The position numbers and the translations under genes are program-made. DNA of 64,000 nucleotides, from positions 11,364-75,363 of the forward strand of contig CAYOSQ010000007.1 of NCBI GenBank assembly GCA_964406665.1, read 5' to 3'. Below the pieces are notes generated by a model. The model was not told the DNA's origin, searched no databases, and saw only the letters and a program-made list of their open reading frames with translations. Positions 18,430-27,845 of this stretch are shown one piece after another. Numbering within the stretch: the stretch's first letter is position 1; the number at the start of each line of letters is the position of its first letter. Origin of the DNA: an uncultured Planctomycetia bacterium (GTDB lineage: Bacteria; Omnitrophota; Gorgyraeia; VGKH01; JBHPFN01).

Positions 18430-19741
18430 TTTTCACACAAAAATTACGTTTTTTAGACTTCTGTGAATATTGTTCCATATAAACGGGAGATAACTTAGCT
18501 CCTGATTGCTTAATCCATGCATAGTTAGACAAGTTAGACACCGGGAGATTATCTTTTTCAATGGAATATGGATGCTCTAAATCTACAATAAACTGTCTTA
18601 CCGCGCTATCGATTTCTTGTGCACTATTACTTTCTAAAGTCGCATTCTCAAATACATATTTGTAAAGATGTTCAGAAAGAAGCTTTTCAACCTCAATCAG
18701 TTCTCCCTGAGAATCTCTCAATGTTTTATAGTATATCCACGAATATGGCTGTCCATACCCAAAAGGAAACGCATTCAAGATTAAGCGTGGAATTCTATTA
18801 ACTCCGGAAAGCCAAACTCCGCCTCCACTATCACCAACAAAAATATCAGCTTCAGTAGCAGCAAAAAGATAGAAGAAATCCCTGTCAACATGAATAACCT
18901 TATAATCAATGAGTTTACCACCAAATTTATTTATGAATTTATCATCAACCTCTACATCTCCAGTAAGCAGAACCTGATATCCTTGACTATTGAGAAATTC
19001 AATCGCGGGAACATAATCCATAAGATCAGAACCAGCTCGTGATGAAGAAGTAATATCATGGGCATCTTTATTTTTTTGCCTTAAATACAAACAGCATAAT
19101 TTGTGATTTTCAATTCCATTTTTTGCTAAAAAATCCTTTATCTTTTTGCGTATTTTTTTACAATTATTTTCTGGTAAAAAGACTCTACCAGAAGAATCGT
19201 TTTTCATTAGATTAAAATATCCTATAACCCATCGGCAGGTTATTTCATAACCTGCCCCATTCAACGACTCAGGTAAAACAGAGTTATCTTTATGCAAAAT
19301 TATTTTATACATATCTAACATATAATTAATCTTTGCCTTTTTATTCAAAAATCGAGTATATTTCAAGAATAACCTATGTATATTTGACTTATACCAATCT
19401 GACACTGGAAACGCCCTAGCAATTCCCCTTAGTCGAATACCAAAATTCAACGGGAAAAAGACAATGCGCACATCTTTCCACATCAGAGAAATTTTTCTAT
19501 TGTGCCGTCCGCACTCTGAAAAAATTACAAAAATATTATTCTTTTTTGGATATAGCCTTCTTAATATATCTGGCGCGGTAACAGTATGCCCAAAACCACC
19601 TTCCGGCATAATAGTAATAGAATCTGCTTTAACTATCTTCGGAATAACTATAAAACCTTTAACAATAGAATACAAAAAGCAAAAAATTGTATTTACTATT
19701 TTAAGAAAAAATATGATTATAGACTTAATAAATCTTTTCAT
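18422..19741 (-). CDS. Putative GT-B-fold glycosyltransferase of an uncharacterised family, with an N-terminal TM anchor
   Basis: N-terminal TM segment, then a glycine-rich ...TIMPEGGFGHTV... and a later ...FVGDSGGGVWLSG... reminiscent of GT-B nucleotide-sugar sites. Its position beside neuB makes a nonulosonate transferase possible but unproven. Confidence 0.35.
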   Translation of the reverse strand: MKRFIKSIIIFFLKIVNTIFCFLYSIVKGFIVIPKIVKADSITIMPEGGFGHTVTAPDILRRLYPKKNNIFVIFSECGRHNRKISLMWKDVRIVFFPLNFGIRLRGIARAFPVSDWYKSNIHRLFLKYTRFLNKKAKINYMLDMYKIILHKDNSVLPESLNGAGYEITCRWVIGYFNLMKNDSSGRVFLPENNCKKIRKKIKDFLAKNGIENHKLCCLYLRQKNKDAHDITSSSRAGSDLMDYVPAIEFLNSQGYQVLLTGDVEVDDKFINKFGGKLIDYKVIHVDRDFFYLFAATEADIFVGDSGGGVWLSGVNRIPRLILNAFPFGYGQPYSWIYYKTLRDSQGELIEVEKLLSEHLYKYVFENATLESNSAQEIDSAVRQFIVDLEHPYSIEKDNLPVSNLSNYAWIKQSGAKLSPVYMEQYSQKSKKRNFCVKNG

Positions 19742-19748
19742 ATCCTTA

Positions 19749-20681
19749 TCAACTTTTAACTGCCTTAATGATTTCTTTTAAATCAATGACATCCATACAA
19801 TGCTTTTTTTGTTTACACTTAAAAGAATAACAAGGTAAACACTTATACATAGTTTTAGGCTTTATAACTATCCCTCTGCCGTAGAGATATACTTCTTTTT
19901 CATCAGTCGCACCAAAAAGGGTAATCACTTTCTTCTTAAATGCTAATGCCAAATGCAGGCCTAAGCTATCACTTGTTACAATAGTCTTACAAGAATTAAT
20001 CCAATCCATATAATCGTAGAGATTGTCCATTCCTTTTTGCCAAGAAACAGATAATTTATCTTTTTTTAGAAGTTTTTCTAGTTCTTTCCACTTTTTTGCG
20101 TTCATAGCTTTTGTAGGCCATTTCGAACCAACATAATAGTTAAAACCAACATCATACTTATTCTTTGTCTTTGGCTTATACCCGAGAGAATACTCTTGCT
20201 CTTTCCACTTCCCTCCGATCATTTCAACAATAATCTTCTGCCAGATGTTTCTTTGCCCTTTGGAAGCTTTTTCTGTAATGTATTCCTTAGCCACCATAGA
20301 CTGCATATAAGTATCATAAATACCTGTCTGAGAATTGAATCTAAAACCAATCCTTTCCCAAGCATCAATCATATCTGTTAATGCGCAAACGCCATCAATC
20401 TTTTCCAAATTGATAACAATGTCATATTTCTCACGCATAAGCACATAAGGAATAAACTCATCCCAGACTAAAAGCCTATCAATATGCTTATTGTTATTAA
20501 CTAAAGGAACTGCTTCGTTAGAGATAAGCCAGGTAATGTGCGAATTAGGGAACCTTTTCTTCAAAGGCTCTAAGATTACTGTACAGCGCACTACGTCGCC
20601 TAAGCTTACCACTTTGGTCATTTCCTGATCAAGAGTCTCAGAATAACCCATCTTTATTATTAATATTTTTTTATGTTCCAT
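19749..20681 (-). CDS. GT9-family glycosyltransferase (ADP-heptose:LPS heptosyltransferase-like)
   Basis: ILIIKMGYSETLDQEMTKVVSLGDVVRCTVILEPLKKRFPNSHITWL and VTSDSLGLHLALAFKKKVITLFGATD match RfaC/RfaF-type GT9. The true start is probably the internal Met MEHKK at 20681; the track ORF extends to 20729. Confidence 0.7.
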   Translation of the reverse strand: MEHKKILIIKMGYSETLDQEMTKVVSLGDVVRCTVILEPLKKRFPNSHITWLISNEAVPLVNNNKHIDRLLVWDEFIPYVLMREKYDIVINLEKIDGVCALTDMIDAWERIGFRFNSQTGIYDTYMQSMVAKEYITEKASKGQRNIWQKIIVEMIGGKWKEQEYSLGYKPKTKNKYDVGFNYYVGSKWPTKAMNAKKWKELEKLLKKDKLSVSWQKGMDNLYDYMDWINSCKTIVTSDSLGLHLALAFKKKVITLFGATDEKEVYLYGRGIVIKPKTMYKCLPCYSFKCKQKKHCMDVIDLKEIIKAVKS

Positions 20682-20685
20682 CTTA

Positions 20686-21624
20686 TTACCCTTTCCTGAA
20701 GATATAGTTCTCTTGTTTATCGTATTCACTTGGTGTTTTAGTTTTTTCCGAAGCTACAATTGCAAATCCTTTACTCTTTAAAATCTCCATAACTTTTTTA
20801 TGTTCTTTGAGATTATCAAAAAGTTCTATGTATATCTCCTGGACATAATTAAGTGTTTTACTTAAACCTTCGGTTACCATAAGTTCATTTGTATCAACAT
20901 CAATTTTTAACTTTGTAGGATAGGGTAGCTTAAATAATTTAATCATATCATCTATATTCATGCAAAAAGTATCCAGCTTAAACATATCTTTTTCATTAAT
21001 GTTAAATAATGGTTTTCTACCAACAGTATTTAAAGCTCCTCCTTTAGAAAATTCCCGTATATAAAAAGGTTTTAAAGCTGTAGTATCATCACAAGCTATG
21101 GGTACCGGAGTAATTAAATCATTCATTCTGTTTTTATAAATATTTGAATAAAGTGTTTGTAGATTGTTTATTTCTGGTTCGAATGCATACACCTTTACAC
21201 CCTTTGTTTTAGCAGCGTATAATGAATAACCACCTATGTTAGCTCCCACATCAAAGAAAATATCATCTTTTTTAAAAGAATCTATCCATTCAACCATAAG
21301 CTTTTCTTCCGTAAGCAAAGTTTGCGCCCTCCAAACCAACCTACCGTGCCCTGTGGAAAAGATAAGCTTTTCATTATTTGGTAACTTAACTTTTATTACC
21401 GGATCAAGCATTTGTTGAATTTCAACATATAAACGATTATTGCTGTTAAGCCTAAACATGACAATAATAACTTTTGCTAAAGTTCTTATAAATTTCACTA
21501 AAAAGCTAGGTTTATATCCATATTTTCCATCTTTTTTACTATCCGGTGATGGATATAGTAAATTATTTAACTTATCCTTAAAAGTCATAGCAAACCTTTC
21601 TTTTATTCTAGAATTCCTGACCAA
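20686..21624 (-). CDS. FkbM-family methyltransferase
   Basis: FFDVGANIGGYSLYAAKTKGVKVYAFEPEINN is the FkbM (Methyltransf_21) signature. Confidence 0.75.
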   Translation of the reverse strand: MVRNSRIKERFAMTFKDKLNNLLYPSPDSKKDGKYGYKPSFLVKFIRTLAKVIIVMFRLNSNNRLYVEIQQMLDPVIKVKLPNNEKLIFSTGHGRLVWRAQTLLTEEKLMVEWIDSFKKDDIFFDVGANIGGYSLYAAKTKGVKVYAFEPEINNLQTLYSNIYKNRMNDLITPVPIACDDTTALKPFYIREFSKGGALNTVGRKPLFNINEKDMFKLDTFCMNIDDMIKLFKLPYPTKLKIDVDTNELMVTEGLSKTLNYVQEIYIELFDNLKEHKKVMEILKSKGFAIVASEKTKTPSEYDKQENYIFRKG

Positions 21625-22448
21625 GGCAAAACAACAGAAATGTCTTTAGTATCCTTAAGCTTATGCTTAATTTCTGCCTGAATATCTTTATTATTGCTGC
21701 ACACCACAATAACGTCCCCATTTTTAAAATTTTCCACTCTTGGCAAGCGAAAGATTTTCTCGAACTTTCCTTTATAGCTATCGTCAAAATAGAAACAAAT
21801 TCCTCTATCTAAATTATTTCCTTGAACGAGCTCCTTAAATAAAGCCTGAAAATAATAAGAAACACCATAAAAAATGATTCGCTTGCCTTCAGAAGCCTTC
21901 TCACTTACTTTTTTTATAATTTCAGCTTTATTTATTTTAAACTTATCGAATAATGGTTTAACGTCAATTCTATCGCTGCCAGATTTCAGACTCTGTTTAT
22001 CTTTTCTAGCTAACACTCTTAAGAAATTTTTAGTATCACTATAGCAAATCTTAAAACCTTCTAAAGTATCTGATAAAGAACTAAGGTTAAAAAAGCTTAC
22101 GTGCTCAGGAGAAAAGTCTTCAACAAGAAATTCAAGAGAGTTATTCAAATATGGAATTTCGATAAAAAGTAATCCGTCATCATGCAATATTTCTTTTGCT
22201 TCAGCAATGATATTCTTCGAATTCTTCAAATGCTCTAAAGTATGATCTAAAATAATCAAATCGAATTTATAATCAAAAATGTCTTCTCTAAATTGTTTCT
22301 TTATTGTTGGTACTGATACATCGATATTCGCAGGATCAACACCCAAAATTTCCACAGAAGGATTCTTTTCCTTAATCATATACAAAATATCACCGCGGTT
22401 TGAGCCAATTTCTAAGATTTTAATATTTTTTTTTAGGCAACTTTCCAA
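21603..22448 (-). CDS. C-methyltransferase-like protein, SAM-binding plus C-terminal domain; the 3-prime fragment of a gene split by an A9 tract
   Basis: KILEIGSNRGDILYMIKEKNPSVEILGVDP...IILDHTLEHL is class I MT motif I/II, as in TylC3/NovU-type sugar C-methyltransferases. The ORF has no ATG; the track start is a TTG. Confidence 0.6.
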   Translation of the reverse strand: MESCLKKNIKILEIGSNRGDILYMIKEKNPSVEILGVDPANIDVSVPTIKKQFREDIFDYKFDLIILDHTLEHLKNSKNIIAEAKEILHDDGLLFIEIPYLNNSLEFLVEDFSPEHVSFFNLSSLSDTLEGFKICYSDTKNFLRVLARKDKQSLKSGSDRIDVKPLFDKFKINKAEIIKKVSEKASEGKRIIFYGVSYYFQALFKELVQGNNLDRGICFYFDDSYKGKFEKIFRLPRVENFKNGDVIVVCSNNKDIQAEIKHKLKDTKDISVVLPWSGILE

Positions 22449-22725
22449 TAATTAAATTAACTTTATCAATATTTTCTCTACTTCTTCTGGGAAACTCGAA
22501 TAAATCACTTTTTCTAAATTCTGCATAAACCTTTTTAATTATTTCATCATATTGCTTAGAATAAGCACTCCCCTGAAATACATAACCACAATCTTTACAC
22601 TGACTAATTAAAAACATCATGCTTCTTTCACTATTGGAAAAATACGCGCTTTCACTAGAATACACTTCCTCTAAATTAGAGCTTTCACACAGCGGACAGA
22701 TTGTACCTACTTTATTTTTTTTCAT
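22420..22725 (-). CDS. Zinc-ribbon N-terminal module (CPLC...CKDC) of the same C-methyltransferase-like gene; the 5-prime fragment
   Basis: C-x2-C ... C-x2-C Zn-ribbon, as found N-terminal to sugar C-methyltransferases. It ends in ...LPKKKY at an A9 run (22426-22434 on the + strand). Deleting one A fuses it in frame to 21603-22448. Confidence 0.5.
   Translation of the reverse strand: MKKNKVGTICPLCESSNLEEVYSSESAYFSNSERSMMFLISQCKDCGYVFQGSAYSKQYDEIIKKVYAEFRKSDLFEFPRRSRENIDKVNLIIGKLPKKKY
22426..22434. repeat. Homopolymeric T9/A9 tract at the junction of the two C-methyltransferase fragments
   Basis: Nine consecutive T (+ strand) seen directly. A -1 change restores a single ORF. Confidence 0.8.
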
Positions 22726-22728
22726 TGC

Positions 22729-23835
22729 TTAGATATATTCCATCAATTTCATACAATCCTTAACAATAATGTCCATATTGTCATAGTGGTATTTACCCAT
22801 CCTGCCAATGGAATAACAATCTTCTGGTAACAAAGCAAGATACTTATTGGCTTTTCTTATTTCCGATTTAAGTGGATAAGGATAAAGCTTGTTACCGAAA
22901 GATGGAAATTCAACCACTATTAATGTATCTGGAGATTTATATCCGGTCAAAAGCTTATATTCCATAACCCTTGTATAGGGCTCATCACCTGCATAATGCA
23001 AATAGTAATACGGCTCCGGGGTAACCTGCTTACAAGGTAAGATTATCTTTAAGAAGTCTCTACCGATATATTTAAGCTCACCGAATTTATAATCAAACAC
23101 CAGATCTATCGATGCTGAAGAAACAACAATATCAGCCGAAAACCACTTCCCCTTAACTAAAACTCTCTTTTTCTTTAAATTGAATTTCTCTACATAAGAA
23201 TTATAAATCACCTTACAACCTTCAACACATCTATCAAAATAAGAGTTATACCCATCAAGCTCAACTGGATAGGCAATAATCTTCTTCTTATCAAAGCATT
23301 GCTTAGAGCCCTGCTTTAATGCAACGCCTTTTGGAGAGAAAGAAAATTCATCTATGCTTCTGTTGTCTTTCATTTGCCACATCTTTTCAGAATATTTATG
23401 TATAAATTTATCATAAAGCGTTTTTCCCACAGAACGGATCCAGTAATCTTCAAAGTTTTTTGCAGATTTGATATCCTTTCTCTTTAGAAGCTCTCTATAA
23501 ACCCTATCTTTATCTGGCATACCATTAATCTCAGCTTTGTGAATTGGATATGTATAAAACTTGTTATCATCAGATACATAAGTTAAACAATGGTGTTTAA
23601 GTTTGCGTAACTTCAAAAATTTACTGAAATAATCCCAAACATACATCTCCTTCAGATCAATCAGAAGATGGCGTGGTCCGTAAGTGAAAGGATGACCATG
23701 ATAGAAGTACGTTCTACACCCTCCTCCTAGCTCATGACTTGCCTCCACAATTGTTACGTTAAAACCTTTTTGCTTTAACATATATGCGGCAGTGCAACCG
23801 GCAAATCCACCGCCAACTACCAAAGCTTTTTTCAT
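22729..23835 (-). CDS. glf: UDP-galactopyranose mutase
   Basis: MKKALVVGGGFAGCTAAYMLKQKGFNVTIVEASHELGGG (FAD site) and FDYKFGELKYIGRDF ... GRMGKYHYDNMDIIV are collinear with E. coli Glf. Confidence 0.85.
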   Translation of the reverse strand: MKKALVVGGGFAGCTAAYMLKQKGFNVTIVEASHELGGGCRTYFYHGHPFTYGPRHLLIDLKEMYVWDYFSKFLKLRKLKHHCLTYVSDDNKFYTYPIHKAEINGMPDKDRVYRELLKRKDIKSAKNFEDYWIRSVGKTLYDKFIHKYSEKMWQMKDNRSIDEFSFSPKGVALKQGSKQCFDKKKIIAYPVELDGYNSYFDRCVEGCKVIYNSYVEKFNLKKKRVLVKGKWFSADIVVSSASIDLVFDYKFGELKYIGRDFLKIILPCKQVTPEPYYYLHYAGDEPYTRVMEYKLLTGYKSPDTLIVVEFPSFGNKLYPYPLKSEIRKANKYLALLPEDCYSIGRMGKYHYDNMDIIVKDCMKLMEYI

Positions 23836-23866
23836 ACCCCTAACTCCTTAAGATTAATTTAAATCC

Positions 23867-23898
23867 AGATTGTTATATAACATGTTATATAACAATCT
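23867..23898. promoter_or_regulatory. 32-bp perfect palindrome AGATTGTTATATAACATGTTATATAACAATCT in the only sizeable gap (61 nt) of the long operon
   Basis: Reverse complement verified by hand; it is identical on both strands. It lies between the stop of the FkbM MT (23897) and the glf start (23835), about 30 nt upstream of the glf AAGGAG SD. Confidence 0.5.
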
Positions 23899-24850
23899 AT
23901 CCGGAAAACTTTTCATAAAACTTATTTGATTTAGGGAATTCCTCATCAAATAAATTCTTATATGTTGAATAAACCTCATTCTTATTTGTAGATGGAAGAG
24001 ATAGCATATATTTAAATAAAAACGCGATCTTTTCTTTTAATTTCTTAAATAACGGATCGTTTTTAAAACCATCAAATTTAACTTTTTTCTGATCTTTTGC
24101 TCGCTGCATTAAATAAATCGCAATATCAGTTGCATTATTATTCATAAGAAACAACCCCAGCAAAACAACGTTCTCTGCAATTTTTGTGCTATTTTGCTTA
24201 AAAATAATCTCCGGATCTCTGATCCACACTGTCTCACACCCAATTAGTTGTCCATATTTATTCGGAAGGGTGAACTTGCTTAATGCGTGGCCTCGTCCAT
24301 CATAGTTTAGGTTTATTAATTCGAATTTATGCTCTTTTAAGAAATTATGAATGTCTCCAAATAAAGGTGCACCTATATATACCGGAAGAAAATATGTCTC
24401 CAGCCTAATACCCAATACAGTTGAGTCGAGAACGCTTTCTGCTCCTTTTAGAACCTCTAATTCTGTTCCCTCTGTATCGATTTTTAAAAAATGAATATCT
24501 TTATTATGAAATATCGAATCAATTGTTTTAACTGCTACTTTCTTCTCCGAAACAATATCGGCTTCATTTACCATAAACATTTTCTTTTTTCTTAAGGCAG
24601 AATCATTGCTCAAGATTGAGCTTAAGCCATTATGAGCTCTTTGCTTAAAGTTCACCTTACCATCAGAGCTATAGAGCCCCTGGGAATAAACTTCAATATT
24701 CCTATTATCCGCATATTTTTTCCTTAAACGCAAAGCTTCTTTAAAATCCATTTCAAATAGATGAAAATTAGCAATGTCACACAGCTCTTTCCATGTTGGA
24801 TGCAACCCGTAACGCGCTCCCACATCAATAACATTACATTTTAATTTCAT
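23897..24850 (-). CDS. FkbM-family methyltransferase
   Basis: NVIDVGARYGLHPTWKE ... FkbM-type motif. 317 aa. Confidence 0.7.
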   Translation of the reverse strand: MKLKCNVIDVGARYGLHPTWKELCDIANFHLFEMDFKEALRLRKKYADNRNIEVYSQGLYSSDGKVNFKQRAHNGLSSILSNDSALRKKKMFMVNEADIVSEKKVAVKTIDSIFHNKDIHFLKIDTEGTELEVLKGAESVLDSTVLGIRLETYFLPVYIGAPLFGDIHNFLKEHKFELINLNYDGRGHALSKFTLPNKYGQLIGCETVWIRDPEIIFKQNSTKIAENVVLLGLFLMNNNATDIAIYLMQRAKDQKKVKFDGFKNDPLFKKLKEKIAFLFKYMLSLPSTNKNEVYSTYKNLFDEEFPKSNKFYEKFSG

Positions 24851-25929
24851 TTTTTGACTTCCTTTCTTGATTTAACATAGCAAAATTTACAGGCGCCTGG
24901 AATATTCATATCTAGATGTTTTTTTCTAAAATCTTTATATTGCTTAGAATTCCAAATTGATTTCAAATCACCCAACTTACCTAAACAAAAAATGTCAGGA
25001 TTACCTATCATGCAACAAGGTACAACCTTTTTATCCGAAGAAATAAAAGATCTCTCAAACGGCCAGGGACAAATGTTGTCTTTCGAATATTTTGTGGTAA
25101 TATCCCAAAATGATAAGTTTATATTTTCCTGGGCTGCCTGGTCTAACAAACTATCGATGTCTGATTGAGTGACGGCATTTGAAATGCGCTTAATTTTATT
25201 TTTCTTATCCCACTCTTTACTTCCCCATGCGCTTACATCTAAACTTATGGTTAATCTTTTGAATCCCAGTTTTTTCGCAAAAGTTGGGAATTTATGAAGC
25301 TCTTTAAAATTATCCTTTTGCAAGAGAGCCCACATTCTCGTTTTGTCAGTCCCAAATTTGTCGCAATACTCATTTATAAGCTTGCAGTTTTCTACAACAC
25401 GCTTAAAACGTGCGCCTTTTCTAATATTCTCATAAACGGATTTCGTGGTCCCATCTATGGAAATCTGCACTTCTCCATTAATAAAATCAACTATCTTCTT
25501 ATAATAGTCATTCTTATGGATTACAGTTGCATTTGTAGTAGTCCTAACCCAGATATCTTTCGCACTTGCATACTTAACCATCTCAATAAAATCGTCCTGC
25601 AGAAATGGCTCTCCCAGACCCTGAAGCTTAAGCTCGAAAACTCCTACTTGGTCATCAATAATTCTTTTGAAATCATCAAAACTAAGATCTGAGGCCCTCT
25701 TTTTTGATTTAAATGTTGATACCTGGCACATATCACAGCTTAAATTACACCTACTAACGTTCTCTATATCTAACTTAACAGGTAAATAATTAGGCTCTAT
25801 TGAGGTTTTCGAATTCTTGAATTTTTTATAGTTCTCATAACGCCCAGGGAACCTTTCAAAGCCCCGCTCTAAAGTTTCATTATAGGCAGCAAGGTCCGCC
25901 GAAGGTTTAGGAAATTTAAGCTTTTTCAT
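24847..25929 (-). CDS. Radical SAM enzyme with a C-terminal SPASM/twitch-like Cys cluster
   Basis: CNLSCDMC (CxxxCxxC), GLGEPFL glycine-rich SAM motif, and C-terminal CPWP...CCMIGNPDIFCLGKLGD...ACKFC. Confidence 0.8.
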   Translation of the reverse strand: MKKLKFPKPSADLAAYNETLERGFERFPGRYENYKKFKNSKTSIEPNYLPVKLDIENVSRCNLSCDMCQVSTFKSKKRASDLSFDDFKRIIDDQVGVFELKLQGLGEPFLQDDFIEMVKYASAKDIWVRTTTNATVIHKNDYYKKIVDFINGEVQISIDGTTKSVYENIRKGARFKRVVENCKLINEYCDKFGTDKTRMWALLQKDNFKELHKFPTFAKKLGFKRLTISLDVSAWGSKEWDKKNKIKRISNAVTQSDIDSLLDQAAQENINLSFWDITTKYSKDNICPWPFERSFISSDKKVVPCCMIGNPDIFCLGKLGDLKSIWNSKQYKDFRKKHLDMNIPGACKFCYVKSRKEVKK

Positions 25930-26731
25930 ACTCTATCCTTTGCCTAACCCAAGTTCTCAAAACTTCCTCTGAATTATTGGGGAAAAAATTGTATTTTTTT
26001 TGTGCCTTTTTAATCGATAAGTTAAAAAAGTTTCTATGCCTTTCTTCAATTAGTAGCTTAGACGGAGAATTAAGCTTGTCTTTAACAATTTCAATTACTT
26101 CTTTCAATGTTTTGTCTTTATTCGATGCTAAATTAATTACGTCAAATTTTTCTTTCAAATACAAATTACTTACGAACCTAAATATATCCTCTATTGATAT
26201 AAAATTGTTAAAGATTCTATCTGAATTAAATATCTCAACGTGTTCTTCTTTTAATAACTTTAAGAAACTTCTAGAAAGCAAGTTTGTTTCATTTTTAAAA
26301 CTTAGTATTGCAGGAAAGCGCAAACATAAACAATCCAATTCACTACTCTCTAGCATATCCTCACCTAAAAGCTTAAGCGCGCCATACAAACAAGGAGTCA
26401 AGCCGATATCATCTTCACATACGTTTTCCTTATCAATATCTCCATAAACTGAAGCTGCAGAGAAAAAAATCAGTTCTTTTATTTTATTCTTTTCAGCAAA
26501 ATTAATTACTTTCTTAAGAAAAGCTATGTTAGATTCATGCATTTCTGAATCAGTGGCAGGTGGCGATTTAGCTGCTAAATGTAAAATTCTTTTAGCACTT
26601 ACATCTTGATTCAAATCTAACGGTGCGATATCTGCCCCAGAATCTTTAAACAGCTTATACAAAACGGAGCCTACGCCACCAAGATGCCCTGTCATTAATA
26701 TTTTTTCCATTTGCTTACTCCTTTTAAACAA
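25916..26731 (-). CDS. NAD(P)-dependent epimerase/reductase (short extended-SDR, RmlD-like)
   Basis: ILMTGHLGGVGSVL (Rossmann), SAASVYG, LYGALK (YxxxK). Confidence 0.6.
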   Translation of the reverse strand: MFKRSKQMEKILMTGHLGGVGSVLYKLFKDSGADIAPLDLNQDVSAKRILHLAAKSPPATDSEMHESNIAFLKKVINFAEKNKIKELIFFSAASVYGDIDKENVCEDDIGLTPCLYGALKLLGEDMLESSELDCLCLRFPAILSFKNETNLLSRSFLKLLKEEHVEIFNSDRIFNNFISIEDIFRFVSNLYLKEKFDVINLASNKDKTLKEVIEIVKDKLNSPSKLLIEERHRNFFNLSIKKAQKKYNFFPNNSEEVLRTWVRQRIEYEKA

Positions 26732-27845
26732 AATCTAAATGCTCTCTGTCAGCATTTAGATATTCTAAAATCATCCTGTTTTTTGCATCTGCCACACAAT
26801 GATGATTACAAACCAAAGTTGGATTAATCTTAAAAAACTTGTCTTTACTACTAAACCAAAAATCCTTAAACCTTTTATCCTTTATTGTTCCTATTAAACC
26901 ATCTGCAAGATTATATGCCTTATCCTGACAAGGATAAATATTTAAATCTGCCCCTATAACCGGTAAGATTTGCAAATACGGGCACCATTTATACTTCTTT
27001 TCAAATCCATCTTCAAGCTCATGATATGAATCATAAATCTCAAAAGAATCATCTGCGAATTCTTCACTTGCTCGATTAATTTGACATTTTATAAGATCCA
27101 AAAGAGACTTGTGATACTTTTTATTTTTTTCCGCAGAATTACTGATAACACACGGGGAAACTTTAACGCTGTCAATTTTAATTTTTTTTAGCTTTTCAAT
27201 AAAATCAAATATGTGATTAGCATTATATTTATCAACTATAATCACTACACCTAAATAGCAGTTTCCTTTAATTCTTTTAAAATCTTCCATGTTTTTCATT
27301 ATCTTGGGAAACTCATCTTTCTTCACTCCTCTGTATTCTGCATAGCTTTCTTCATCCCAACCATCCATTGAAACCCTAAGCCAAGTAGCATTCTTGGCAA
27401 ATATTTCGGCAATTTCCCCTTCAAGCAAAGAACCATTGGTAAGCGCAGAAAATTTAATTGATGTCTTAGATAGCTTTTTTATAGTTTCTAGAATATGTGG
27501 ATAGCAAAACGGCTCTCCCCCTCCGCTAAAAGTAACTGCTTTAACTCCCATTTCAACTAAATCATCAATAATTTCAAACATTTTATCTCTAGGGATAAAA
27601 TCTTTCTTAGACATATCCTGTCCGAGTTGAAGATCATCTGTCTTATAAGCACAATAACTACAGTTATGCTGACACGTATTAGTAGGCTTTATCCTGATGT
27701 GTAGTGGTGATAATATTTTTGAATTTTCTTTTACAAGAGAATCAAGCTTGTCTTTGAAATGAAATATCTTAAGCTTCGTATAGAGAATTTTCTTATTTTT
27801 CATTTTATTCAAAATATATAAACTCAAAATCTCCGCTGTAGTCAA
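26724..27845 (-). CDS. Radical SAM enzyme (SPASM-like C-terminus)
   Basis: CQHNCSYC (CxxxCxxC), FSGGGEPF, and C-terminal CPY...YPCQD...CNHHC. Confidence 0.8.
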   Translation of the reverse strand: MTTAEILSLYILNKMKNKKILYTKLKIFHFKDKLDSLVKENSKILSPLHIRIKPTNTCQHNCSYCAYKTDDLQLGQDMSKKDFIPRDKMFEIIDDLVEMGVKAVTFSGGGEPFCYPHILETIKKLSKTSIKFSALTNGSLLEGEIAEIFAKNATWLRVSMDGWDEESYAEYRGVKKDEFPKIMKNMEDFKRIKGNCYLGVVIIVDKYNANHIFDFIEKLKKIKIDSVKVSPCVISNSAEKNKKYHKSLLDLIKCQINRASEEFADDSFEIYDSYHELEDGFEKKYKWCPYLQILPVIGADLNIYPCQDKAYNLADGLIGTIKDKRFKDFWFSSKDKFFKINPTLVCNHHCVADAKNRMILEYLNADREHLDFV

